Positions 38,159 through 50,970 of a stretch of 64,000 bases of DNA are shown here, piece after piece. A program made the translations under genes and the position numbers. The stretch's first letter is position 1. Each line of letters begins with the position of its first letter. Location of the stretch: assembly GCA_963707635.1 (NCBI GenBank), contig OY970173.1, positions 1,952,001 through 2,016,000 of the forward strand, in the 5' to 3' direction. A model generated the notes under the pieces. That model did not search any database and had not been told where the DNA came from. It saw only the letters and a program-made list of their open reading frames with translations. The stretch comes from Candidatus Latescibacterota bacterium. GTDB lineage: Bacteria; Krumholzibacteriota; Krumholzibacteriia; WVZY01; JAKEHA01.

Positions 38159-39196
38159 GTGCGCGCCGGGGTTCTGGGGGCCGGGGGCTGGGGCACGACG
38201 CTGGCGATCGTGCTCGCGGAGAACGACCGCGAGGTGGTCCTGTGGGATCGCGACCCGGCGCGCGCGGAAGCGACCCGCCGGGGGCGGGAGAACGCGACCT
38301 TCCTCCCCGGGGTCGAGTTGCCGGAACGGATCGATGTCACCAGCCGTCTGGGCGAGGCGGTGGCGGGCATGGCCATGGTGGTGTTCGTGGTGCCGTCGCA
38401 CACGATGCGCTCCACGGCAGCGGCGGTGCGCGAGTCGGGCTCGCCCGGCGGCCGCGCGCTGATCGTGAGCGCCACCAAGGGGCTGGAGGAAGGGACGCTC
38501 TGCCGCATGAGCGAGGTGTTGCGCGACGAGCTCCGCGTCGACGCGGGCCGGATCGTGAGCCTCGCCGGGCCCAGCCACGCCGAGGAAGTGAGCCGCCGCG
38601 TGCCGACGTCGATCGTCGCGGCGGGCGTGGACGAGGGGGTGTGCCGCGAGGTGCAGGAGGCGTTCGTGCGGCCGTACCTGCGCGTCTACACCAACGACGA
38701 CATCGTCGGCGTCGAGCTCGCGACCGGGTTGAAGAACTCGATCGCCATCGCCGCCGGGATTCTCGACGGGCTCGGCTGCGGGGACAACACCAAAGCCGCG
38801 CTGGTCACGCGCGGCCTGGCCGAGATCACGAGGCTCGGGCTGGCGCTGGGGGCCAGGGGCGAGACCTTTTCGGGTCTTGCGGGGGTGGGGGACCTCGTGG
38901 TTACCTGTTTGAGTCGCCACAGCCGCAACCGTCGCGTCGGGGAAGCGATCGGTCGCGGGCAGTCGCTGGAGGAAGCGCTGTCTGGAATGGTGATGGTGGC
39001 GGAAGGTGTGCGCACCACGCGCGCCGCCGTCGAGCTCGGTCGCAGGCACGGGGTGGAATTGCCCATCATCGAGATGGTGCACCGCGTGCTGTTCGAAGGG
39101 CACGACCCGCGCGAAGCCGTCCAGATGCTGATGACGCGCCCGCCTCGCGCCGAAACGCGCGACGCCACGCGGAGCGCCAAGGGAGGACGCGCATGA
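38159..39196 (+). CDS. gpsA: NAD(P)H-dependent glycerol-3-phosphate dehydrogenase
   Basis: VLGAGGWGT, ATKGLE, GPSHAEEV, LKNSIAIAAG and GDLVVTC.SRHSRNR. Confidence 0.98.
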   Translation: MRAGVLGAGGWGTTLAIVLAENDREVVLWDRDPARAEATRRGRENATFLPGVELPERIDVTSRLGEAVAGMAMVVFVVPSHTMRSTAAAVRESGSPGGRALIVSATKGLEEGTLCRMSEVLRDELRVDAGRIVSLAGPSHAEEVSRRVPTSIVAAGVDEGVCREVQEAFVRPYLRVYTNDDIVGVELATGLKNSIAIAAGILDGLGCGDNTKAALVTRGLAEITRLGLALGARGETFSGLAGVGDLVVTCLSRHSRNRRVGEAIGRGQSLEEALSGMVMVAEGVRTTRAAVELGRRHGVELPIIEMVHRVLFEGHDPREAVQMLMTRPPRAETRDATRSAKGGRA

Positions 39197-39594
39197 GGTA
39201 CAAGACGACCACCGGGAAGATGTACTACACCATCGGCGAAGTGAGCGAGATCACCGCCGTCAAGCCGCACGTGCTGCGCTACTGGGAAACCGAGTTTCCC
39301 ACCCTGCGCCCCAAGAAGAACCGCGCGGGCAATCGCAGCTACCGACCGCGCGACATCAAGTCGATCCTGGCCATCCGGGATCTGTTGTACAAAGAGAAGT
39401 TCACGATCAACGGCGCCCGCAGAAAGCTGCAGGAGAACTTCGGCAACCCGGACACGATCTTGAAGCAGATGCAGATTCCGTTCAGTGATCCGCAGGCGCG
39501 CCACGTGCTGCTTTCGGTGAAGAAAGAGCTCGAGGAGATCCGCGATCTGCTCGGCAACGGCACCGGTGACGATCTGCCCGGCGAGATCGCTTGA
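39193..39594 (+). CDS. MerR-family helix-turn-helix protein
   Basis: KMYYTIGEVSEITAVKPHVLRYWETEFPTLRPKKNRAGNRSY...LLYKEKFTINGA. Confidence 0.93.
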   Translation: MRYKTTTGKMYYTIGEVSEITAVKPHVLRYWETEFPTLRPKKNRAGNRSYRPRDIKSILAIRDLLYKEKFTINGARRKLQENFGNPDTILKQMQIPFSDPQARHVLLSVKKELEEIRDLLGNGTGDDLPGEIA

Positions 39595-39620
39595 ACCCGC
39601 GGTCCGCGGTCTGGTAGTCT
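39591..39620 (+). promoter_or_regulatory. Possible promoter of tRNA-Pro(GGG)
   Basis: TTGAAC-N18-TAGTCT with TG extension, 12 nt before the tRNA. Confidence 0.5.
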
Positions 39621-39632
39621 TCCGATACAGGT

Positions 39633-39709
39633 CGGGGTGTGGCGCAGCCCGGTAGCGCACTTGCATGGGGTGCAAGTGGTCGCTGGTTCGAATCCAGTCA
39701 CCCCGACCA
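39633..39709 (+). tRNA. tRNA-Pro(GGG)
   Basis: Acceptor CGGGGTG/CACCCCG, CTTGC-at-GGG-gt-GCAAG, GGTTCGAATCC, encoded CCA. Confidence 0.98.
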
Positions 39710-39727
39710 TTCATGTTCGAGGTAAGG

Positions 39728-39763
39728 AAACGGGGGTCGATGCGATGCGTCGACCCCCGTGTT
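39728..39763. terminator. Hairpin between tRNA-Pro and the convergent secreted-protein gene
   Basis: ACGGGGGTCGA (39730-39740) pairs with TCGACCCCCGT (39750-39760); only short T runs follow. Confidence 0.7.
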
Positions 39764-39784
39764 GCTCCGCCGAGCGACCGGCGC

Positions 39785-42700
39785 CTACTTCAGCATCACC
39801 ATCTTCTTCGTCTGCGTGAAGTCCCTCGCCACGAGCCGGTAGAAGTAAACACCGCTCGAGACCGTCTGGCCCGCGTCGTCGCGACCGTCCCACACCTTCG
39901 TGTGGGTACCCGCCGCGAACTCGTCGTTGGTGATGGTCCGGACCAGCTGGCCCGCGACATTGTAGACCTCTAGGCTTACCAGACCACGCACTTTCACCGA
40001 GAACGCGATCGTTGTCTGCGGGTTGAACGGGTTCGGATAGTTCTGCGAGAGGCTGTTGCTTGCAACCGTTCCCGTCCCAATTGGCTGGGGCGGCACGTTG
40101 CCGAGCCACGTGATGATGTCGTGCAGATGATCAAAACGATCCGCGATGCCGTCGAGGTCGTCGTCGCGAATGTAATCGAACGCAAAACCGGAAAGCAGCA
40201 CGCCGACGCTGACACCGTTGCTGTTAACTGTTCTCTTCGAGATCACGGCGCCGTTGGTCGGGCCCGGAGGCCCATAGCTGACTTCCATCAAGGACGCCCC
40301 GGTCGGATCCATCACGTCGAAGTCATTGACCAGGGGACATCCGCCGAACAGGACGAACGTGTCGCCGTTGAAGCACCCAGCTGCAATGCCCCGGCCCAGC
40401 GGTGAAATGCCATAGGAGGGAACGTGGTTGCCTCCCGTCAACGCGTAGGTGATGTACGTGGTCTTGAACGTGACCGCCGACGCCCCGGTGTAACGGTTGA
40501 GCTGTGCGGCCGCGTCGTCGCCGCAGAGATACACGCCACCCTGCGTCGGCAGGTTATCCAGGAAGGTGTTGATCAGGCCATAGTCGTCGGTCTTGTGGCC
40601 CGGAAAAGTTGCGCCTCCATCGCCCAGCGTGACCGACAGATCGCCGCAGTCCCAGAGGATCTTGCGATAGCAGTCGTTTAGCTGTGCCTGGATGTTCACG
40701 ACGCGGCTGGCGAGGGCGTTGTTCACGCCGGACGACGGCCCGCGAATGTCATAGCGGTCCACCTGCTCGAGGATGCCCAGGTTGTCGAATGCGGTGTCCC
40801 AGTATCGTTGCGCGCCGCGGCCGTCCATGCCGTCGACGTACAGGATGTCGCCGCCGTTTTGCCAACCGGAACCCGGCAGGCAGGTGAACTCGGAGGGGTG
40901 CGCCACGGCTTCGGCCAGGAGGGGACCGCTTGCACCCAAGTTCGAGCCGAAGGCGTAGGTTGTTACGGGGAATGCAGCAGCGTTTGTCGCGGCATAGAAG
41001 AAACAGATCATGTCGCCCGGCGTAAACAAGTTGTCGTCCAGGTCGATGCAAAACTTGTCGGCAACGGGTTTGCCGTTCACCATCACCTGGTCGAGGCGCA
41101 GACAGGTCCAGGGGATCCCCATCGCCACAAAGTCCTTGCCGGGAACATGGGGCCATCGGACCGGGTCGTCGGTGAGTCCTGCACCAGACTTGCCAGGCTG
41201 ACCGAGCGGCTTGACGGCGACGAACATGTAGACCGCCGCGCCGCCGACGGCCGGGTCGATCCCGAGCCCGTCGACCGGATCGGCGACGGTCACCACGGCG
41301 CAGTCACCGGGGACAATGCCAGGGATCGTGCCCGGCTGAATGTCCATGGCTATGTCCGCACGAACCGTCCCCACCAACGTGCCGTCGGTCGAAAAATTAT
41401 CCTGGAACTGGTCGATATCGCGGATCGCCCACTGCGGCCCGTGCACACCAACGCTGGTCAACGTCACGCTGTCGAGCAGCGGGGCATGACTGTGACAGAT
41501 ACCGTCACCGTAGACGCCGCACCATGAGCCGCACTGGTCCACGACGCCCAGAGAGAGCTGAATGTCCGTTGCGCCGACGAAGTTCAGGAGTGCGCCCACT
41601 GACTCACTCTGCTGCAACCAGTCCTTGCCTCCGTAGTACGAGAAGTTCATGTCTCTCCACGGGCCGGGGCACCCCGCCCCATCGAGGGTGCGGACATGCC
41701 ACACGTAGAAGACCAAGTTGTCGATCGGATTGTCGCGATAGACCGAGAAACTGAGGCGCACCCCCGAACCCAGAGGAACAACGGGGAGCGGGATCAACGG
41801 CGACCAAACCTCGTTGGCGAGGTAGCTGCCGAACGCGTTGCCCTGGGGAACCGCCCGTTGCCCAGGCAGTCCACCGCACGCGTAGGTGTTGGTGGATCCC
41901 AGAATGGCCGCCCACATGCACGTCAGATTGTTGCTGCACGCATCCTGTTGAATCTGGCTCACCCCTGGAAACAGGGACATATACTGGCCGTATCCCGGCG
42001 AAGCGCCCGCAAACCAGTCGGGCGACGCCAACGCGCCCGGCGCAACGCCCTCGAAGGTCTCGAGCGCAAGACCCCCGGCCACAAGGTTGTCGAAGTGGGC
42101 CCCGCCGTTCGAGGGGTAAAGGCCGTCTTCATCCGACCCACCACCGTCCGAATGGAAGTGTAAACGTACCTTCGCAAAACCGGGGGGCACGGTAGCGTAC
42201 AGACCGCCGTACGCAGCGAGGGGAATATTGCCGTCCCACGGGCCGTCGATCACCGTCCACCCAAACGTACCGGTGCAGTCGGTGGTGTATTCGAGCGTGA
42301 CGGAGTCGTGTCCGGGCTCGCAGTCAAATTTGGCGTCAAAGGCCACGAAGAGGCCGCCGGGAGCGACGGGAATGCAGGCGATCGTTTCCCAGAACTGATC
42401 CCAGTTGTTGCGGTAGCCCGGGTCAATCGCGAAACCGCAGGGAATCGGAGCTGGCTCGATGCCGCACCACAGCGAGTGGACGCCAAAGAGAGGTGCAAAA
42501 TCGACAGGCGGAAGCCCGAGGTAATCGTCCACATGGAAGTAGACGCCGGGCTGGGCCGTCCTATCCACTGTCAGCCAACCCGCGGCTGTGCAGGTGGCGC
42601 CCGCGTCGAACGATTGTGTATATAAGACCAGTTCCGGTGCCGGAGCCGGAGGCGCTAACGGCACCATCGAGTCCGGATCTCGCGAAACCTCCCTTGGAAC

Positions 42701-42799
42701 GGACGTGCGATCGGAGTCAGAAAGGACGTCGCCTGGCAGCACGGACACGCACAGGGTTCCAAGGGCCAGGACGAGGAAGGCGCTGGTAAGGTCTCTCAT
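39785..42799 (-). CDS. Large Cys-rich secreted protein with C-terminal FlgD-Ig / T9SS-CTD-like domain
   Basis: Signal peptide; jelly-roll-like FDCEPGHD...RLHFHSDGGGSDEDG; C-terminus LSQNYPNPFNPQTTIAF...YNVAGQLVRT...WDGRDDAG..VSSGVYFYRL...TKKMVMLK; SD GGGGGA. Confidence 0.88.
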   Translation of the reverse strand: MRDLTSAFLVLALGTLCVSVLPGDVLSDSDRTSVPREVSRDPDSMVPLAPPAPAPELVLYTQSFDAGATCTAAGWLTVDRTAQPGVYFHVDDYLGLPPVDFAPLFGVHSLWCGIEPAPIPCGFAIDPGYRNNWDQFWETIACIPVAPGGLFVAFDAKFDCEPGHDSVTLEYTTDCTGTFGWTVIDGPWDGNIPLAAYGGLYATVPPGFAKVRLHFHSDGGGSDEDGLYPSNGGAHFDNLVAGGLALETFEGVAPGALASPDWFAGASPGYGQYMSLFPGVSQIQQDACSNNLTCMWAAILGSTNTYACGGLPGQRAVPQGNAFGSYLANEVWSPLIPLPVVPLGSGVRLSFSVYRDNPIDNLVFYVWHVRTLDGAGCPGPWRDMNFSYYGGKDWLQQSESVGALLNFVGATDIQLSLGVVDQCGSWCGVYGDGICHSHAPLLDSVTLTSVGVHGPQWAIRDIDQFQDNFSTDGTLVGTVRADIAMDIQPGTIPGIVPGDCAVVTVADPVDGLGIDPAVGGAAVYMFVAVKPLGQPGKSGAGLTDDPVRWPHVPGKDFVAMGIPWTCLRLDQVMVNGKPVADKFCIDLDDNLFTPGDMICFFYAATNAAAFPVTTYAFGSNLGASGPLLAEAVAHPSEFTCLPGSGWQNGGDILYVDGMDGRGAQRYWDTAFDNLGILEQVDRYDIRGPSSGVNNALASRVVNIQAQLNDCYRKILWDCGDLSVTLGDGGATFPGHKTDDYGLINTFLDNLPTQGGVYLCGDDAAAQLNRYTGASAVTFKTTYITYALTGGNHVPSYGISPLGRGIAAGCFNGDTFVLFGGCPLVNDFDVMDPTGASLMEVSYGPPGPTNGAVISKRTVNSNGVSVGVLLSGFAFDYIRDDDLDGIADRFDHLHDIITWLGNVPPQPIGTGTVASNSLSQNYPNPFNPQTTIAFSVKVRGLVSLEVYNVAGQLVRTITNDEFAAGTHTKVWDGRDDAGQTVSSGVYFYRLVARDFTQTKKMVMLK

Positions 42800-42950
42800 A
42801 TCGATCCCCCTTGAAGAGGTGAGCCCTACAGCAAAGACACGGAGTTGACGTTGGATGGGGCGCCGGGGCGCTGGAATGGCAAAGATGAGGTGGCGATGGC
42901 CAGGGCGCGCAGCGAGTATACAACAAAGTTACGCCCGAATCCACGGCGCG

Positions 42951-46673
<3,723 letters not shown>

Positions 46674-46802
46674 GCGGGTGTTATTGGAATCGAACGGGAT
46701 ACCTCGGTCGTCGGGCCGGCACGGCCCGTGACAGTCCTATAGTACGCATCTTTGACTTCGGCGTCAAGAACGCGGGCTTGCCCGGGCCGCGCCGGGCGGG
46801 GT

Positions 46803-47714
46803 ATGGTCGAAACACCCCCGATGCTCCAGGCCATTCCCTATCATCTGGGCGCGTTTTTCGCGCGCTTCACGCCGGACTGGTTCTGCCGGCTGATCACCTG
46901 GACGCTCGCCGAGATCAACTGGCGCCTGCGCCCCGGAACCCGGCGCGTGGTGGCCGCCAACCTGGCCGTCATCCATCCCGAATGGAGCGCGGCGCACTGC
47001 CGCGCCGCGGCGCGCCAGGTGGTCCACAACTTCGCCCGGAGCATCCTGCTGTTCCTGCAACTTCCGTTCCTCGACCCCGACGAGCTCTTCGCCCGCAGCG
47101 ACGTCTCCGAACTCACGCCGGAGGTGGAGCGCCTGCGCGCGCGCGGGGGACTGGCCGCGGGGGTCATGCCGCCGCTCATCATCGCGTCGGCCCACGTGGG
47201 GCCATGGGAGGTGGGAGGGTACTGTCTGTCGCGGATGGGCTACGCGGTGCACAGCGTGGCGCTCGAGCATGCCTCGGCCCGGGTCACGAAATTCTATAGC
47301 GACCGCCGCTCCTACCTGGGGCTCCACGTCTATCCGGTCTCGGGCTCGTTTCCCCAGCTGCGCTCGGCGATCGCGCACGGCGGGTGCGTCGCCCTCCTGA
47401 TCGACCGCCCTTACGGGAAGGCGCGCAAGCGCTTCGACTTCTTCGGCGCCCCCACCGAGTTCTCGCTCGGGCACCTGGTGCTTTCGGCGCGAAGCCGCAC
47501 ACCGGTGCTGACCGGCGCGGTGGTGTTTGACGGGCCGAAGCGCTTCCGGTACGTTCACGGCGGCACTCATTTTCCGAACGAGCACGCCGACGAGTTCGAA
47601 AAACTCGAACGCCTCCAGGAGACGTGCCTGCGCGATCTCGAGCGGATCATTCGGGCGCATAGCGAGCAGTGGTTCCACTTCACCCCGCTGGAGCGGACGG
47701 AATCCCATGGCTGA
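46803..47714 (+). CDS. Lysophospholipid / lipid A acyltransferase family protein
   Basis: SAHVGPWE motif, ALLIDR, FFG and HSEQWFHF; start uncertain (46803 or 46821). Confidence 0.85.
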   Translation: MVETPPMLQAIPYHLGAFFARFTPDWFCRLITWTLAEINWRLRPGTRRVVAANLAVIHPEWSAAHCRAAARQVVHNFARSILLFLQLPFLDPDELFARSDVSELTPEVERLRARGGLAAGVMPPLIIASAHVGPWEVGGYCLSRMGYAVHSVALEHASARVTKFYSDRRSYLGLHVYPVSGSFPQLRSAIAHGGCVALLIDRPYGKARKRFDFFGAPTEFSLGHLVLSARSRTPVLTGAVVFDGPKRFRYVHGGTHFPNEHADEFEKLERLQETCLRDLERIIRAHSEQWFHFTPLERTESHG

Positions 47715-48399
47715 CGACGCCACGCCCTACCGCGACCTCGCGGCCGTGATTCCGGCCTACAACGCGGGGTCGCACCTCGCCGGCGTGATCGAGCGCGTGG
47801 CGCGCTACGTCCCGCGCGAGCGCGTCGTGGTCGTCGACGACGGCTCCAGCGACGACACGCGCGCCGTGGCAGAGCGCTCGGGGGCGACGGTCGCGGTCCA
47901 CCCGGTAAACCGGGGCAAGGGCGGCGCGATCCGTTCCGGCATCGCGCGCGCGGGCGAGCTCGGTGTGCCCTTCGCCATCCTGCTCGACGCCGACGGGCAG
48001 CACAACCCCGACCAGATCCCGGACTTCGTGGCGCGCCAACGGGCGACGGACGCCGACATGGTGGTGGGGAACCGGCTGGTCAGCGCGGCCAACATGCCGT
48101 GGCTGCGCAAGGCGACCAACTACGTGACGAGCGCGGTGGTGTCGCTGCTGGCGCGCCGGCGGGTTCCGGACTCGCAGAACGGGTACCGCCTCATCCGCCT
48201 CGCGCACTTCGGCAAGTTCCCGCTGACGACCTCCCGCTACGAGATCGAGTCCGAGATGGTCATCCGCGCCGGGCGCGCCGGCGGGAAGATCGCGTCGGTG
48301 CCGGTGGAGACCATCTACGCGGGCGAAGTGAGCTTCATCAATCCATTCGTCGACACCTACCGGTTTTTGCGCATGGTCGCAAAATCGTTCTTCTGGTAG
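47707..48399 (+). CDS. Glycosyltransferase family 2 (DPM1-like)
   Basis: VIPAYNA, VVDDGSSD, NRGKG, LDADGQH and DSQNGYR. Confidence 0.93.
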   Translation: MADDATPYRDLAAVIPAYNAGSHLAGVIERVARYVPRERVVVVDDGSSDDTRAVAERSGATVAVHPVNRGKGGAIRSGIARAGELGVPFAILLDADGQHNPDQIPDFVARQRATDADMVVGNRLVSAANMPWLRKATNYVTSAVVSLLARRRVPDSQNGYRLIRLAHFGKFPLTTSRYEIESEMVIRAGRAGGKIASVPVETIYAGEVSFINPFVDTYRFLRMVAKSFFW

Positions 48400-48431
48400 A
48401 CTGCGGCCTCACGCGTCGCCGCACCGCCCCG

Positions 48432-49181
48432 ATGAACAAGCGCATCCTGATTTCGAACGACGACGGGTTCGACGCGCGCGGACTCAAGGTGCTCGAGCAG
48501 GCGCTGGCCCCGCTCGGCGAGGTGTTCGTGGTGGCGCCGGACTCGGAGCAGAGTGCGAGCAGTCACTCGCTGACCGTGCGCCGGCCGATCGAGGTCAAGC
48601 AGGTCGGGGACCGGCACTACCGCGTCGGCGGAACACCGACCGATTGCGTCGTGCTGGCCCTGCAGGTGATCATGGACCGGCCGCCGGACCTGGTCGTGGG
48701 CGGCATCAATCACGGTCCGAACATGGGGGAGGACGTGGGATACAGCGGCACGGTGGCGGTTGCGTTCGAGGGGACCATCCTCGGCGTCCCGTCGATCGCG
48801 ATTTCGTCGCTGCAGCGCGACGTGGCCGGCGGCGAGGTCATCGGCCGGATCGCTCGGATCGTGGTGGAGCGCGCCCTGGAGCACGGAATCCCGCGGGAGT
48901 CGCTCCTGAACGTCAACGTGCCCAATCCGGACATCGCACCCATCAAGGGGCTGCGAATCACCAAGCTGGGCTCGCGTCACTACGAGAACTTCATCGAGCC
49001 CGGACGCGGGCCGCTACGCTCGCACTACACCATCGGGGGCCGGGACCCGGTGTGGCGCGAGGACGACGGTTCGGACATCGCGGCCGTTCGCATGGGCTAC
49101 GTGTCGATCACGCCGCTGGACCTGGATCAGACCCACTACAAGGCGATCGTCGAGATGGAACGCTGGCGGTTCGAGCTGTGA
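48432..49181 (+). CDS. surE: 5'/3'-nucleotidase SurE
   Basis: ILISNDDG, QSASSHSLT, GTPTDCV and GINHGPNMG..VGYSGTV. Confidence 0.98.
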   Translation: MNKRILISNDDGFDARGLKVLEQALAPLGEVFVVAPDSEQSASSHSLTVRRPIEVKQVGDRHYRVGGTPTDCVVLALQVIMDRPPDLVVGGINHGPNMGEDVGYSGTVAVAFEGTILGVPSIAISSLQRDVAGGEVIGRIARIVVERALEHGIPRESLLNVNVPNPDIAPIKGLRITKLGSRHYENFIEPGRGPLRSHYTIGGRDPVWREDDGSDIAAVRMGYVSITPLDLDQTHYKAIVEMERWRFEL

Positions 49182-49900
49182 GGTGGCGTCAGTACCGAAT
49201 CGCGCGCGAGCGGATGGTGCGCGACCACGTCTACGCGCGCGGCGTTCGTGACCCGCGCGTGATCGACGCGATGCTGCGCGTGCCTCGCCACCTGTTCATC
49301 GACCGCGACGCCGGCGTCGAAGCATACGCGGACCACTCGTACCCGATTGGATTTCAGCAGACGATGTCGAAGCCGTACATGGTCGCGTACCTGACGGAGC
49401 AGCTTCGACTCGGCGGGGAAGAGCGCGTGCTGGAAATCGGAACCGGGTCCGGCTACCACGCGGCCGTGCTGGCCGGCCTGTGCCGCGAGGTCTACAGCGT
49501 CGAACGGGTCGCCGACCTGGCGGAACGCGCGCTCGCGGTGCTGCGCGATCTCCTGTACGCGAATGTAAACGTGCGGGTCGGGGACGGGGCCGACGGCTGG
49601 CCGGAGCGGGCGCCGTTCGACCGCGTGCTCCTGACCGCCGCGGCCGACCATGTGCCGCGGGCCCTCTTGAACCAGCTCGCCGACGGCGGAGAGTTTCTGG
49701 GCCCGGTGCGGCGGGACGATCGGGGCCAGGAAATTGTCCGGCTCACGCGCCGCGGGGATCGCTTTGAGCTGGAGCGCCTGATCGAGTGCTCCTTCGTCCC
49801 CATGGTGCGCCCGGAGAGCGCCGACGACGAGGCGCGCATGCCCCGGCCGGCGGCGCCGGTCGAGCGCGAGACTTCCGCCGACGCGGGATCGAACGGCTGA
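49178..49900 (+). CDS. pcm: Protein-L-isoaspartate O-methyltransferase
   Basis: VPRHLF, PIGFQQTMSKPYMVA, VLEIGTGSGY and GWPERAPFD; GTGA overlap with surE. Confidence 0.97.
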   Translation: MRWRQYRIARERMVRDHVYARGVRDPRVIDAMLRVPRHLFIDRDAGVEAYADHSYPIGFQQTMSKPYMVAYLTEQLRLGGEERVLEIGTGSGYHAAVLAGLCREVYSVERVADLAERALAVLRDLLYANVNVRVGDGADGWPERAPFDRVLLTAAADHVPRALLNQLADGGEFLGPVRRDDRGQEIVRLTRRGDRFELERLIECSFVPMVRPESADDEARMPRPAAPVERETSADAGSNG

Positions 49901-49922
49901 TCTTTCTACGCGAACTCTTTCC

Positions 49923-49950
49923 TTGATTCGCTCCGAAAACATGTTACGAT
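49923..49950 (+). promoter_or_regulatory. Possible promoter of the tRNA-Pro(CGG)-sigma-apt unit
   Basis: TTGATT-N16-TACGAT with TG at the extended -10 position. Confidence 0.55.
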
Positions 49951-50003
49951 GTATCGACTTAGGTTGGTCCGGGTGTGCCGGACCCGTGCGCGACTCTTGG
50001 GGT

Positions 50004-50081
<78 letters not shown>

Positions 50082-50091
50082 TTATCCTTCC

Positions 50092-50970
50092 ATGGCCGAC
50101 GAACGCCTGAAGCCCGCACCCAAGGACGACGCGCGCGAGCCGTCGTACGACATCCAGGCGCGCTACCTCGCGGAAATCGGGCGCTATCATCTCCTGACCG
50201 CCGAGGAAGAGATTGAATTGGGCCGGCGGCTGGCGAACGGCGACGAAGAGGCCCGCCGCCACCTGATCAACTCCAACCTGCGCCTGGTCGTCACCATCGC
50301 GAAGCGCTACGCGCACCGCGGGCAAACCCTCCTGGACCTGATCGAAGACGGCAACCTCGGCCTGATCCGAGCGGCCACGAAATTCGACTACACCAAGGGA
50401 TTCCGCTTCAGCACCTACGCGTCGTACTGGATCAAGCAGTCGATTCGCCGCGGCGTGGCCAGCCAGTCGCGGCCGTTGCGCATCCCGGTGCACATCTTTC
50501 ATCTGATCAACCGGTACGTGAAGGCGGAGGAACGGCTGCGCACCAAGGGGAAAGCCACGGACGACGAGTCGATGGCGGCGGAGCTGGATGTGAGCGTGCG
50601 CCGGGTCAAGCTGGCGCGCACGCTCGTCGCCGGCATCCGCTCCGAGGACCCGCTGCAGAGCGCCGACGCGCTTCAGCAGCTGGCGTCGGACCCGTACCAC
50701 CTGCACAACGGCTCGCCCGAGGCGCTGGTGACGCTCCAGCTCGAGAACAACGAGATCGCGGATCTGTTCGAGCGCTGCTTGAGCCCGCGCGAACAGGAAG
50801 TCTTGACGCTCCGCTACGGCCTGGCCGACGGGGAGCCGAAGACGCTGGGCGAAGCGGGCCGCGAGGTGGGCGTGTCGCGCGAGCGCGTGCGCCAGATCGA
50901 AAAGCGCGCGCTCCAGAAGCTCAACATCGTGCTCTCGAGCGGCGGCCGCCGGGAAGGCTCGCCGGAATGA
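50092..50970 (+). CDS. sigma70-family group 2-like (RpoS-like) sigma factor
   Basis: Region 1.2 YLAEIGRYHLLTAEEE; region 2 NLRLVVTIAKRY, DLIEDGNLGLIRA, GFRFSTYASYWI; region 4 VSRERVRQIE; no region 1.1. Confidence 0.93.
   Translation: MADERLKPAPKDDAREPSYDIQARYLAEIGRYHLLTAEEEIELGRRLANGDEEARRHLINSNLRLVVTIAKRYAHRGQTLLDLIEDGNLGLIRAATKFDYTKGFRFSTYASYWIKQSIRRGVASQSRPLRIPVHIFHLINRYVKAEERLRTKGKATDDESMAAELDVSVRRVKLARTLVAGIRSEDPLQSADALQQLASDPYHLHNGSPEALVTLQLENNEIADLFERCLSPREQEVLTLRYGLADGEPKTLGEAGREVGVSRERVRQIEKRALQKLNIVLSSGGRREGSPE

Noticed and set aside
39710..42950. attL/attR duplication of the tRNA-Pro 3' end around the secreted-protein gene
   Set aside because: No repeat of the tRNA 3' end was seen at the far boundary and there is no integrase.
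46674..46802. Cobalamin or SAM riboswitch upstream of metH
   Set aside because: The gap is only about 130 bp, is shared with a divergent gene, and shows no B12-box or S-box motif.
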